DNA of 63,816 nt, counting the filler, from Ministeria vibrans ATCC 50519 (taxonomy: Eukaryota > Protista > Filasterea): the NCBI GenBank assembly GCA_943704425.1. It is 5 parts of 5 records of this genome, joined end to end, with 100 filler letters (N's around TTAATTAATTAA, not from the genome) between each part and the next. Parts side by side here need not be neighbours in the genome. Positions count along the whole stretch, not along the records: positions 13,005 to 35,777 come from CALSCP010000408.1; positions 35,878 to 46,504 come from CALSCP010000585.1; 3 more parts are not named here. One strand, 5' to 3'. Below, piece after piece: positions 28,201 to 40,769 of this stretch (position 1 is the first letter of the stretch; each line of letters starts with the position of its first letter). Position numbers and translations under genes: made by a program. Below the pieces are notes generated by a model. That model worked only from the letters and a program-made list of their open reading frames with translations. It ran no database searches and had not been told where the DNA came from.

Positions 28201-30257
28201 TGCTGCACAATCTCCCTGATGGTGGTGAGCTGCCCTTGTCGCCGCGTCACGGCCGTGGTGGAGTTGGTCGTAGCATTCTGGGTGGCGATGGGCGTGTGCG
28301 TGTGATGATGGGTTCGACGACTGCAGCTGCCTCGAACGATGTTGCCACACCGCACACGGGTGGTGGTCGTGGGGGGGGGGCACGCAGCGTGGAGACGGCG
28401 AGTGGCGCCGATCGGTTTGTGAGTCCGGCGACGTTGCGGGCGGGTCGATCTCGTCTGGCCATTGTGACAACTGCGTCGCCTATGGCGGGTGTGACGCCGG
28501 GTGTCCAGCCACGCCAAGCAGACAAGTTGCGGCAGTACATGGCTAAGGGTGCGCTGACACTGGACGAGCTGCACAGCAGTGGTGCAGCGCCGACGGAGAG
28601 CAGCGGGTACGGGTCGCCAACGCAGATGCTGGACGCACCTATGATGGACAAGGTGCTGATGCGCGATGTGTTGCGGGCCGCCATGGACGAGTACAATTCG
28701 TGGAAGGAGGAAGCAGACGTGGAGATTGCCGACAAGCGAGCGGCGCGTCAGAAGATCCAGAAGCAACTGAGCGAGGCGTTTCGTGTTGCGAGCATGCGTC
28801 TTGTCTCGGGTGGCACGGGCGCCTCGCCGGCACCGTCGCCTGCGTTTGGTGAAAGCATGAGTGGCAGTGGTGAGGTGATAGCGCAGAGCAGCAACCGACG
28901 GGCAGACATTGAAGAGCTGCAGCGACGACTGGCCGACTCGATTGACGTTGAACGACGTGCCGTGCGTACTGTGAGTGGATCGCATCGGTTTCCCGCGCGT
29001 CAATTGCTTCTTGCGGCCCATGAGGTGCTGGCTGCGTGCGAGCTGGAGAGTCAGCAGTTTGCCCAGCGTTGGGCCGAAGTGGACCGACTGCGCACACGAC
29101 TTGACGACATTATCCAGCATTGTGGTGAGCTGTCGGATCCATCGCCGACATTGGATGCGCTGCATGAGGCGCAGACTGCACTGGACGAGGTGAAAACTGT
29201 GCTATATCGCGAGCAGACGGAGTACAAGATTGCCAAAAGGGGGCGCAACGAGAAGCTCAAGGTGCACGCAGAGCGACAGTACCGCGCAGCCGCAGCCAAC
29301 GTGCTTGAGGCGGCGAAGCGCGAGGAGCGTGAGTGGGTGCGCTTGTGCACTCTGGCGCGCACGCACTATCCTGAACTGCTGGTGCGCAATGCGACACTGG
29401 CGCGTGTGGCCGAGCTGGGCATTGAAGGTCTGCTCAAGTCGGGCCGTGATCTGATGCAGTACGAGAATCGCCGCTTGCTGTACCGCAGCAGTGAGTCGTC
29501 GATGCACGCGGCCGAGTACGATGGCATGGACTGTCTGCTGCTGGAGTTCCCGCTCGACGGCACAGATAGCTCGTGGACGCGCGTGCAGGCGCGTGTGGGT
29601 GCAATGCGACCGCTTTTTGACCACCCGTGCATTCTTGGGGTGGAGGCTATCTTCCGTGACGCTGACCAAGGACTGGCATATGTGCAGCAGCCAGGTCTAG
29701 CTGACAAGCTTACTCTGGATGTGTGGCTTGAAGGTGAGCGAGCGCGCCAGCAGCAGCGACATGGCAGTGGCATGGCCATGCCGGTCAAAGGGGTGCTTGC
29801 GGGGATTCTGCAGGCGCTCGAGCACATGCACCGCTATGATTATGTACATGGCAACGTGTCGCCTGGCGTGATCTACGTGAGCAACGACAACGACGGCGAG
29901 GCTCAGCCGCTGGTGACGGGCCTGAGACTGGAGCACGATATGTCGGGAGCACCTCCGCTGCTCTCTGCGCAACACCGGGGCAGCCGAGGGGCCGCCATGG
30001 TTGCCGTGACACCGCCCGAGTGTCACTTGCAGGAGCGCAGCACGGCCACAAAGCACTCGGACATGTACCAGTTTGGAGCATTGCTGTTCCTAGCTGCCTT
30101 TGGCTCGACTTTACCCGCACCATCGCCCTCCGCCGAGCCTGTTGTGCCCTTCCACCCAGACACAGACCTTGTTGCGCTCATCACAGACTTGTTGGCGCGC
30201 AAGACGATTGCCCGGCCGTCTGCCGAAGAGGCTCTTGTCCATGGATTCTTCAAGTGA
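17339..30257 (+). CDS. Unconventional myosin: class-VI-like motor + SAH/coiled coil + 21 ankyrin repeats + C-terminal pseudokinase
   Basis: Motor over about 13 short exons: [96 protein letters not shown]. It is spliced in frame to a 9-kb terminal exon (21195-30257). Confidence 0.9.
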
Positions 30258-30521
30258 AGTATACCAGAGAGAGAGAGAGAGTGAGTGAGTGATATATAGT
30301 GAGAGCACGTGTGAATGAATAAGAGTGAAATGAAATCATCTATGTCAAAATAGTTTAAAAACAAACAAACAGCGGAATTGTTTTGGTGGTCGACTTGATT
30401 GATGAATAATAATAATAAATTAATATTAATTTTATTATTATTATTATCATAATAATATTAATTACGTTGTATACATCTCTGTAGAGGAGGGGGGGGNNNN
30501 NNNNNNGGGGGGGTGGAAAGA

Positions 30522-33500
30522 TCAGAGTTTCGGAAGAGAACCGCTTGAAACGTTGAGGTTGGAGGAAGGGGATTGGTACAGCAAAGGTTCGGCAAAGATG
30601 GAGGCAAGAAAGTTTGCGGCGACCGACTTGACCATGAAACGTTGGGTGATCTCTTCGAGTTTGCGACGGCGATTGACGTGTGCGCGCAAGTGAGCGTCGT
30701 CGTCGAGACGCCATCGACGAGCATAGCAGACGCACGTTTCGCGCACGAGAGGGGCAAGGCCACGACGAGTGACGACCATGCCGTCGGTGAGAGGCCCGAC
30801 AAAGCCCTTGGTAGGCACAGCCGATGGACGCACAGTGATGTGGTACATGCCCTATGAGAAAAGAGAAGACACAAAAAAAAAAAAAAAGAAGAGATAGAGA
30901 GACAGTCAGTGTGGGTGAAGAAGAAGGCCGTGTGAATGACGGATGAAATGTACCCATGGGAGTTGATAGATGAAAAGAACAGCACGGTCGCCTGCGAGTT
31001 GGGCGGGAAAGTAGTTTTTGTCAATGGGGTCTTCGAGCCAGACGACGACGAGGCCGGCACTGCAGGTAGCGGTGGTGTCGGAGAACTGCTCGGGCGTCAA
31101 AGGGATGAGGCCGGGCACGAGAAAGAGCAGCTCAAAGGCGCTCTCGCTGTAGTACGGGGCAGAGCCAGATGTGCACTGGGCGAGGGGCCCTTTGAAGCCG
31201 ACGTGGGAGGCGACGTCGATGGGCCAGCCGAGGGCGTGAAGGAAGGCCAGAAACTCGGGTGAGCGTTTAGCACCGTGGGTGGTCGCAATGTCTTCGGCCT
31301 TGTAGTGGTGGCGGGGCACGTAAAATACGGCGACAGTGTCGCATTCGCGTGCGCGGGTCAGGTCAAACGCCTCAAGAGCCGAGTGGAGCTGCTCGTTGGC
31401 AATGAGCTCGACGACGCGCGGGCGTTGTGACTGAACGGCAGAACCACCGCCGCCTTCGGTGGACACGCTCGGTTTGATGTTGTCGAGGGAGAACAGGCCC
31501 AGAGTGGCAGCGAAGACGCGTCCTGCTTGAAATTTGCTCTCGTGAAGGTACAGTTCGGCTGCGGGAGGTTCTTCAATGGTGAGTGAGGGGTCTGGGAAGG
31601 TGGAGGATGCGGACTGGAAGGCGGAAAGAGCGTCAGTCTCGGCCTGGCACTGCTGAGTAACAAGCTGGTTAAAGCAGTCCTGCTGGTCCTTGAGTGAGCC
31701 GGTGACGGTCAGTCTGGAGATCTCAGGGATGACAGAGGCGCCGTATGCGGGTGCATTGAGGTCGTACTCGTCGTCAGTGTCGACGGGACGCTCACCGGGG
31801 AGAGGAGCAAAGGAGGTGGCAGGAAGAGCCGGAGTTGGCTGGCCAATGGAAGGGTCGAGTGGGGGACGGGCAATGTGGTGGGGTGCGATGGTGTCACTTG
31901 TAGTCGGAGTCGTAGTGGCGGTGGTGGGGAGGTAGATCATGGAAGAATTCCAAGTGAAGCGGCCGGTGGTGTCACGGACAATGACGGAGACGCCGGGTGC
32001 ATGGGAGGAGGTGGGGCGTTCAATGAGGGTAAGGATGGTGGCACCGTCGACGGCAAAGAAACGCGTGTGGGATGGGTACTGGGGGTTTTGGTCGTCAAAG
32101 GCATTGGCGTGGTCATGACCAACGGCGCGAAGGGCACGCGCCTCGTCGACGAGCGAGCTGGTGCTGGCAGGCCCGCAGGTCGCCGGGAAGGACCCCAGGT
32201 GATTCAGCAGCTGTAGAAGAACCATTTCAGCAGCTTCTTTGACGCGCTTGCTGGCGGGTGTTCCCTTCTTGGTCTCTTTGGGCATGCCACTCTCGACGTT
32301 GAAAAAGCGGTCAAAGTCCTGACCGGGAAAGACCGGACGACGACGGCTCTTGTCACCGGTGATGCCCATTTCAATGGTTTCAATGACGGCACGCAGACAT
32401 TTTTGGTTCTTGGGCAACAAAATCCACTGGTCCGAGACAACCCAGCGAGCAACGCAGTAAAAGGCGCTGACAATAAGTGAGTGGTGTGTGCGTGTGTGGC
32501 GCTGTTTGGGCTGCGAGTGGAGTTCGTCAATGTAAGTGCACAATGCAAGGACCGTGTTTGGCGCATTCATATCGTCTTCCGAGTGAATGGCTGCGTGCAG
32601 ACTGCTCATGGAGCTGATGACGTCGAGTGCAGCGAGTGCAACCTCGGTGATCCACTGGAGCTTTACCAGACGCGTGCTGATGGCACGACACACGGTCGCG
32701 CCGGCAACGCCACGGTACGGAACCTCTTCAAAAGCCCAGGCGGCCATGCTGTAGAGCAGCATCTGCCAGTTGTGCGGGTCGGTGACGGTGTTGAGGGCGC
32801 CAAAAAGCACACCAGCCAGAGTGGGTTTGAGGTCTTCAAAGGTCTGGCTAGCAACGAGAGACGTCGTAGTCCGTGCGGCAGCTTTGGCCAGCGATGCAGC
32901 ACCCGACATGTCGTTCAGCGTTGATGAGCGCACACTCCCAGGTTCTGTGGTAGCCGAGCCTGAGTTTGAGCCGGAGCGAGTGGTAGCGGAGGCACTGTTG
33001 CTGCCACTCGCGTTGTTGCTTGTGGGCGAGCTAATGGTCTTGCGTGCCTTGGCGTGGCCATGCACACTGTGCTGAGCACTGCTTGTGGTGGAGGTGGCGG
33101 CGAGATTGGCGGCGAGAACGGCAGCGGCAGCAGCGGCAGCAGCTGTCTTGGAGACGCGTCCAAAGCTGACAGGGAGACCGTAGACAGGCGTGTTGCTGTA
33201 GGAAGTCATAGTGTCGGCGGTGGTGTCGATGTTTTTGTTTTCGTCGTCGCCGTTAGCGACGGCGGACGGTAAAAGTGACGACGCCGAAAGAGTGCGGCCA
33301 ATGGGGGACGTCATGGACTGCGATGGTTTGTTTGTGGTAAAGGACGCAGCGGCAAGTTGGGCGCCCGAGAGAGGCTGTGAGGTGCCCGAGGCAAGGTTAA
33401 CGGCGGCAGCGGCAGCGGCAGCAGCGACGGTCGCAGCGCCAGCTTCGTCGGGCTGCCAGGCGCACGAGCGGATTGGAGCGTGTGAGAAGTGGTTGGGCAC

Positions 33501-35410
33501 ATCGAGAAGGGTCATGAGAGTAGAGACAGCGGCACGACGCAGCTCGTGAACTGAATTCTCGTGAAAGATGGGGTGGACGGGCGCTGATTCATTGAGGACA
33601 CCTGAGAGAGCAGCTACGTAGTGCGGAGCGAGAATGCGCACACCGCACAAATTGAGGGTAAAGATGTGACGCGTGCTGAGCACGATGGCGGTCATAGAGA
33701 GCGTGTCCTGTTGAAGACCCTCACAGAGCGCGCGATAGAAGCGTGCAAGATAAATTGGCTCAAACTCATCGCGAATGGTCACTCCATCGTCCTCATAGTA
33801 CTGAGGGGCAGTGAAAATGCGACAAAGTGCACCATATGCCTCAGCACGACCACTTGCAAAAAGAGCATTCTTGGTGGTGCACGCTTGGAATAGCCAATGG
33901 CCCACAATGTGCAACAGTGAGTTACCTGGTGAGAAACACACAGTGCGTCAAAAATTGTAGGAGTCCTCAAAAGCGTTGTCAAAGCTCACACGCACACAAC
34001 GCACCACAAACACACTTACACACACTCGTCACACAGTCGTCAAACACTCGTCACACACTAATCACATTCGTCACACACTAATCACACACTAATCACACAC
34101 TAATCACACACTAATCACACATTCAGCACACACTAATCACACACTAATCACACACACACACTCGTCACACACTCGCAACACACTAATCACACACTAATCA
34201 CGCACTAATCACACACTAATCATACACTAATCACACGCTAATCACACACTAATCACACACATCACACACTTATAACAAACAGTTTCTCTTTCTCTCGGTG
34301 TGTATCGTACCCGAAACACGAGGAGGGCGGGTAGACTTGTCCGGGGTGGTACACTGAGAGCCGACGGCGAGAAAGGCATCGACACACTTGGACACGCCCG
34401 TCATGGCCTCGAGGAAGATGTCGGGGTCTTCGATGAGATTGGGGTTGGTGATGATGTGGAGCATGCGGAACCAGGCGTGGACGACGGCGTCGTTGGGTAG
34501 GTCCAGAGCGCGGTTGTAAAAGGACTTGCGACGGCCCGAGAAACTGATAAAGACAGCGGGAGTGCCCTCAGACTCACCGAAGAGCAGGCGAATGAGACGG
34601 TTTGTGAGTGCGTCGACGGAGGAGTTCCATGTCTTGATGAGGTTCATGCGGTGGCGCCAGCGCACGCATTTGGTTTTGAGTTCGGCCCAGAGGAAAGGGG
34701 CGGGGAAGCAGTACTTGCTGGAGTGCAAGAAGGTGTCAAAGAGGACGTGGACGAGTTTGGCGCAGAGGGCAATGGCGAGTTCGGAGCTGTTGTCGGCTGT
34801 GGGGGCACTGGAGCCCACTGAGACCGGAGTTGGTCCAAAGACGGCTGCACCGCCAGTCGTGACCGACTGCGGTGAGTTGAGTGGGGTGCTTGTAGAGGCC
34901 TCTGGGCGCAGAGTGGCTTCAGACGACGAGATGGCGTCCCACGACAAGTCTTCGGTCGCGACCGCGAACGAACCTTTGGTGTTCATGAACATCTCCGAGG
35001 GTCCGCTGATAGAAGCGCGTGGTACGGCAGTATGTGGGAGACTGGGTTCGCGTGCGAGAGCCGAGAACGTCTTGGAGACGCCAACGTGGCTCGGCGTTGG
35101 TGTTTCGGCGGGAGTCCCTGTGCCAATAGGGAGCGACACGAGCGAGTCGGTGACGCCGATGAGCACGCGAATGAGCACATCCCAGGTGTTCGCGTCGAGT
35201 TTGTCGCCACCGCTGTGAACCAGAGCCTGAATGACGTCGAGAGCGCGATTGCACAGTTGGACTTGCTTCTCAACGTTTCCACCTCGCGGAATGAACAGCA
35301 GACTGTAGTGTCTGATGATCGGCTCAACCCATGGAATGGGATCGTCCCGAATGCACTGTGGAATTCCATCGCTCGGAAACCATATGCACTGCAGCCATTC
35401 GGAGTAGAGC
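30522..35410 (-). CDS. RALGAPB: Ral GTPase-activating protein subunit beta (5' end lost at contig edge)
   Basis: NSLLHIVGHWLFQAC, GRAEAYGALCRIF, YLARFY, HHSLIVSAFYCV..W, CLRAVIETIEMGITG, PASKRVKEAAE, VIVRDTTGRFTW, FLHALGWPIDV..H.G, GPLTDGMVV.RR.L..LVRETC. Confidence 0.92.
34050..34270. repeat. Intronic minisatellite, ~11-bp unit CACACTAATCA
   Basis: Directly visible tandem array inside a RALGAPB intron. Confidence 0.85.
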
Positions 35411-35429
35411 TGAAACAAAGAAAAATTAA

Positions 35430-35678
35430 TTAATTAATAATAATAATACGTCTGATAATAATAATAATAATAATAATAATAATTATAATAATAATAATAA
35501 TAATAATAAGAAAATCGAGAGCTGTATTCAATGTCAAAACAAGAAGAAGAATAATAAAGATAATATAATATTAATATTAATAATAATAAGAAGAAGAAGT
35601 AATAATAATAATAATAATAAGAAGAAGAAGAAGAATACAACCCATTTATTAATAATAAGAAGAAGAATACAACCCATT

Positions 35679-35777
<99 letters not shown>

Positions 35778-35877
35778 NNNNNNNNNNNNNNNNNNNNNNN
35801 NNNNNNNNNNNNNNNNNNNNNTTAATTAATTAANNNNNNNNNNNNNNNNNNNNNNNNNNNNNNNNNNNNNNNNNNNN

Positions 35878-35975
<98 letters not shown>

Positions 35976-35990
35976 TATAATTATAATTAA
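35430..35990. repeat. (AAT)n microsatellites at contig ends
   Basis: Long AAT runs on both sides of the linker at 35778-35877. Confidence 0.95.
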
Positions 35991-36004
35991 TACATATATT
36001 TAGG

Positions 36005-36597
36005 CTGCCTCTCGAGATTTAACAACCGTTCAGATTCTGGCCGACGCTGGCGCACCCATTGATCAACCAAACCACTCGGGATGGACACCGCTCTTTTTCG
36101 CGGCGTACAGCGGAAAAACCGACGTGGTGGAGTACCTGCTGGCTCAGGGAGCTGATGCCACACGAGAGTCCAACTACCAGGACTCGCCATTGCACAGTGC
36201 CAGCGCCAAGGGATATACTCAAATAGTCCGCGCTTTGCTGGGAGCGGGGGCCAACCCAAACTCGGCAACGGGTGCGACAGGCACAACGCCCCTTCACTCC
36301 GCCTGTCGCTTTGGGCGCGTCGACATTGCTGCAGCTCTTCTCTCGGCCGGCGCTTCACCGTGTGCACGATTGAAATCAACTCAAGGGGCTCGTCCCTCCG
36401 ACCTGGCACGTGAAAACCACCACGACCGATGTCTGGCGCTGGTGGAGAATCCCCTCTTCCAATCTCTCAAGCATCTTTGTTACGTCAGGCTACGCTTCTC
36501 CGACAAGTCTTCCGATCGTGAATGGGCACGATGGATTGTTGAGCGCGGCTATTACGAACCGCCCGAGGTACCCGAGCAAGCGTTGCCAGGGCGCTAA
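36005..36597 (+). CDS. Ankyrin-repeat protein with C-terminal SOCS/BC-box-like motif (ASB-like), last exon
   Basis: GWTPLFFAA, DSPLHSASAKGY, TTPLHSACRFG, followed by FQSLKHLCYVRLR (BC-box consensus SLxxLCxxxI/L). Confidence 0.75.
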
Positions 36598-36683
36598 CAA
36601 AGAAAGTAGTTTCATTCATGATTCATAATAAAATTAATTAATCAGTTCTAATATCTATTATATTCTACTATTATTACTGCATT

Positions 36684-37648
36684 ATGATGCGACTTGCGCT
36701 TATCGCTGGACTCATCGCCGTTGCTGTGGCGGTCGACTCGACCTGCCACTCGTTTGGCGGCCAGGACGTCTACCCCGGCAACCAGCCGCGCGGCTCTGGC
36801 GATCATCAGCTTGTGCTGTCCAAGGCTCGCATCCAGAAGCCTGCGCCGCCGTTCAAGGCGACCGCCGTGGTGAACGGCAAGTTTGAAGGTACGCGAGAAG
36901 CGCCTGACGCGCCAGACGAACCAGTTAATGACTGTGTTTTTCCTTTTTCTTGCAGATGTCTCTCTGGAGCAATATCTCGGCTCCTACGTCGTGCTCTTCT
37001 TCTACCCTCTTGATTTCACCTTTGTGTGCCCGACCGAGGTGAGCGTGTGCCCAAGTAGCCTTCCGGATTTCAGCTGCATTGAATATTGTGTTTTTCTTCT
37101 GTTGCTGTTTTAGATTATTGCGTTCAGCGACCGATTTGCAGACTTTCAAAAGCTTAACACTGTGGTACTCGCGGCGAGTGTTGACAGCGAGTTTAGCCAT
37201 CTTGCGTGGATCAACACGGCGCGCAAGTCGGGCGGTCTTGGCCCGATGCACATTCCGGTCATCTCCGACCTGACCAAGAGCATCTCGCGCGACTACGGTG
37301 TGCTGCTCGAGGACCAAGGGGTCGCCCTGCGTGGCCTCTTCATCATTGACGACAAGGGCATTCTGCGGCAGATCACCATCAACGATCTGCCGGTGGGCCG
37401 TAGTGTCGACGAGACGCTCCGTCTGGTTCAGGCCTTCCAGTACACCGACAAGGCAAGAGACAAAAAACAAAGTGATAGACAAAGTGATAGAGAGAGAAGA
37501 AGAAGACGACGACTGTGTCGCTGACGTTGTGTTCTCTCTGTAAATGATGGTGTAGCATGGAGAGGTGTGTCCGGCCGGCTGGAAGCCTGGCAATCCGACG
37601 ATCAAGCCGGATCCAGAAGGCAGCCAGGAGTACTTTGGGTCGCAGTAA
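36684..37648 (+). CDS. PRDX4: Peroxiredoxin-4 (secretory 2-Cys peroxiredoxin)
   Basis: Signal peptide [16 protein letters not shown]; PRDX4-type [12 protein letters not shown]; [14 protein letters not shown]; [17 protein letters not shown]; [11 protein letters not shown]. Confidence 0.95.
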
Positions 37649-37707
37649 AAGTTCGTTTTTTTGCATCATTCGTTTACTCTTGGACAAAAAAAAACAGTCT
37701 CAAAGAG

Positions 37708-39542
37708 TCAACGAGTCTTCTTTCGGTCCGACGGGGCTGTTGCAGAGAGGGAAGTGCACTGAACACAGAGCCACTGACCGGCCGGCGGTTCATCGAGATT
37801 CATACAGTACGAGTGAGCGCCAATGTCACACAGATCGCACATCATCAGTTGCTCCTGCGCAGTGATGGTGAGTGATGCAGAGAGTAGGGCCGAGTACGAG
37901 TGAGGTTACCTCATCGCCTGCCTTGTGGCACACCGAACAAAGTTTGCACTGATGGCACTCCCACCCACCCTGTTCGTGGATGCGCTGTTCCATTGCTGGG
38001 GACAGCTCAAGACACGCCGCGTGCGCTGCAAACGAGACAGTGCGAAAACCAAGCGCGGAGTGAGTGAGTGAGTGAGTGAGTGAGTGAGTGAGTGAGTGAG
38101 TGAGTAAAGGGGAACAAGTGAGAACGAGTAAAACAACAGAATAAGCACAGTGAGAGAAAGTGGTGAGTGAGCGAGGACAAGTGAGAGACAAAGAGAAATG
38201 AGTTTGTTTTTTTTTTTGATTCTCATCATGTATAATATTGGTACCCTTTGAAGCGCAAGTCACACAGGTCAAAAGAGTCTCCCCATTTGCAATCTGACAG
38301 TGCGCACAGAGTGACTTGTTAAATCCTCTCAGTGAAGGCAAAAGCTAAGCCAATGCAAAAAAAAAGTTTAAATATGACTAATAGATAGTCGTCAGTTGAG
38401 CTTACTCTGCGTCGCGGTAGAGCCGGACTGGCACTGGATCGAGTTTCCTACACAAAATCAGCCAGATGAGTGGACCAGACATACGCACACATACACACAC
38501 TGTCTCTTTCTCGTACTCCTGCTTCTAGCACAGGCGCCACTCGACGTCGCTATAGGAAGAACTCAGTCAGTAAGAAAAGGATACAAAAACAAAAAAGGAG
38601 ATAATGTGCGTGTGCGTGTGTGGTTCGTGGTGATGGTGATAGTAGTGGTGTAAGTGGTGATGGTGAGATAAGAAGGTAGTACCTTTGCCGGAAGAGCCTC
38701 TTCGACAATGATATCGACGGGTGCAGACTGAGTGGACGTGACACGCGCGACCAGACTTGGCGTTTCTCGGCGCTCTGGTAGCTCAAACTCACCGCCAAGT
38801 GCGCGCGCTGCTGTCGCTGCTGCTGTGCCACGTGGTGGTGCGTCGACTGTCGTGCGCATGGAGGTCTTCTTGAGTTCGCTCGACGGAATACTGCAAATGA
38901 TGTGTCAGGATGGAAACACACACGCACTAGTCACTCTCATGGTGCTGTGACTTACATATGAAGAGGGTTGGCAAACTGCCGGGGCATGACACGCACGGGG
39001 CGTGCCTGTTGATGTACTTCGATGCCGGAGCTTGGCGCGGGGCGAGTGCGCGAGCGAGGTGCCTGCATGATGTTGGTGTTGGCGTCGAACCATACTTGGA
39101 CGCGACCGCCCTGCCGTTGCGCCGCTAGCTGAGCATTAAAAGTGCTTGTCGCGTAGCAGGCGTCGGCAATTTGCGAACGAAACAGCTCGGGAGGCCGTGA
39201 GAAGTCCTCGATGTCGGCGATGAAGACGGGCGCGTTGCGCTTGGGTCGGCCGCGACCGCGTTTTGGCGGCGACTGAACCTCCAGCTCGATCAGCTCGCCG
39301 TCCGCCTCGACAACCAAGCGCCCCTTCACGGCACTCCCCACGGAGGTGTCTGCGTTCGCAGCAGCCTCCAGCAGCGCCGCTCTGGCTGCTTCCGCGTCCA
39401 TCTCCTCCCCATCATCGCCCTCATCCTCTCCGCTTTTCCTTCTCTCCTCCACCGCCGCCGCCGCCGCTGCATCCTCTTCATCTTCCTCCTCTCTTCTCTT
39501 TCGTTTCCTCGACGCCTCTTCGTCGCCTTTTTTAGGGCCCAT
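37708..39542 (-). CDS. DPF/d4 (Requiem-domain) double PHD finger protein, BAF45-like
   Basis: N-terminal ACYATSTFNAQLAAQRQ...WFDANTNIMQ resembles the Requiem_N domain; AT-hook KRGRGRPK; tandem PHD CAHC..TCVTC..HAACL..WECHQCKLCSVC..EEQLMMCDLCDIGAHSYC..PPAGQWLCVQC. Confidence 0.8.
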
Positions 39543-39682
39543 TTCAGTGGTATATATCAATCAAAGTAATGATTTTACTCACGAAAATCCCAAGTTCGTC
39601 GGTCATTATTCCGTTTTCGTCATAAACAGCAAATTGCTCAAATAACTGATAACTCCACTTACTCCATAGTTTTTGTGTCTAC

Positions 39683-40560
39683 GATGGCAACAGCAGTGGA
39701 AAATAGCAGCGGAGCATCGAGCGAGCCGTCGTTTGGGGCGCTGGGAACGCTGGACAGTCATATGGCGATGGAGCGCCGAGTGTCAATTTCGACTCTGCCG
39801 CTCGATACAGAAGCACAGCGAGAGACAGCCGTTCTTCGCATGCTATCGGAAGCGGGCATTTCGTACACAGTGCACAGACACGAAGCGGTGCAGACGGTGC
39901 AGGAGCAAGCGAGTGCTGTTGAGGTAATGCTTTTACAAGAAGAAGAAAAAAAAGGCCATTAGAGTCTGCCAAAAGCGTCGGGAGCGCCAGGTCGCACCGG
40001 ACGGACTTGCGTAGACACCAATGTCTCATAGGACATGTACCAAGACACCCATGTGCCCCGCCCGTCGTCGTTACAGACGTGTGAACACCGAATTTTGCCA
40101 TTCTCGTCTCTTTTTTTTTTGGCGGTTCAATTTTGACAGGCGCTTCTGTTGTTACGCGTCCAATCCCTTCTACGTCCTTTTCTTACACCATTCCAGTCCT
40201 TGCGCGCTTCTCGCTGCTTTCTGCGTTCCCGTCGTGCTTTTGCAATTGTCACTGATACTATTTTTAGCGTCTTGGCGTTGACACCAGTCTGCTTCTGAAG
40301 AATCTTTTTCTCTACGACAAAAAGTCCAAGGCATATGTCCTTGTGACAGCGCGGCGAACGGCCACCATCGATCTCAAGGTATGAGCTTTTTTTTTTTTTT
40401 TTTTTTTTTTTTTGAAAACCTAGGATGAAAGCTTATTGGGTACTTCGCTGTACAGGCGCGCAGAGACGATCCTGCTACACTTTTTTTTTTTTGAACCCCT
40501 AGGCTAGGAGAAAATGCGACCAAGAACACGCAATCAAACGCCACCACCACCACCTCTAGG
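39683..40560 (+). CDS. YbaK/ProX (PrdX/PRORSD1-like) tRNA-editing domain protein, apparently C-terminally truncated
   Basis: LSEAGISYTVHRHEAVQTVQE and KNLFLYDKK..YVLV....TIDLK match the N-terminal half of ProXp-ala; the GxxxPF half was not found. Confidence 0.55.
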
Positions 40561-40769
40561 CCAGCCAACACCGCCATTACCATGCCAGCATCCACCGCCA
40601 CAGTCCCACGGTGTTGCTGCTGATACGCAGCGCTGTGTTGCTGTATTGTAGACTGAGAGTCTTATATTGACTTGTAGCAATGAAAAGTTAACTTAATAAA
40701 GTAACTTTTTTTTTTAAAAAAGCTCAGCGATTATTATTATAGTCAATGAAATAATTGCCAGCAGTTCTT

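Noticed and set aside
21171-30123. Many long antisense and alternate-frame ORFs within the myosin exon (also within the transposase and RALGAPB)
   Set aside because: Shadow ORFs expected from GC-rich codon bias; no recognisable motifs.
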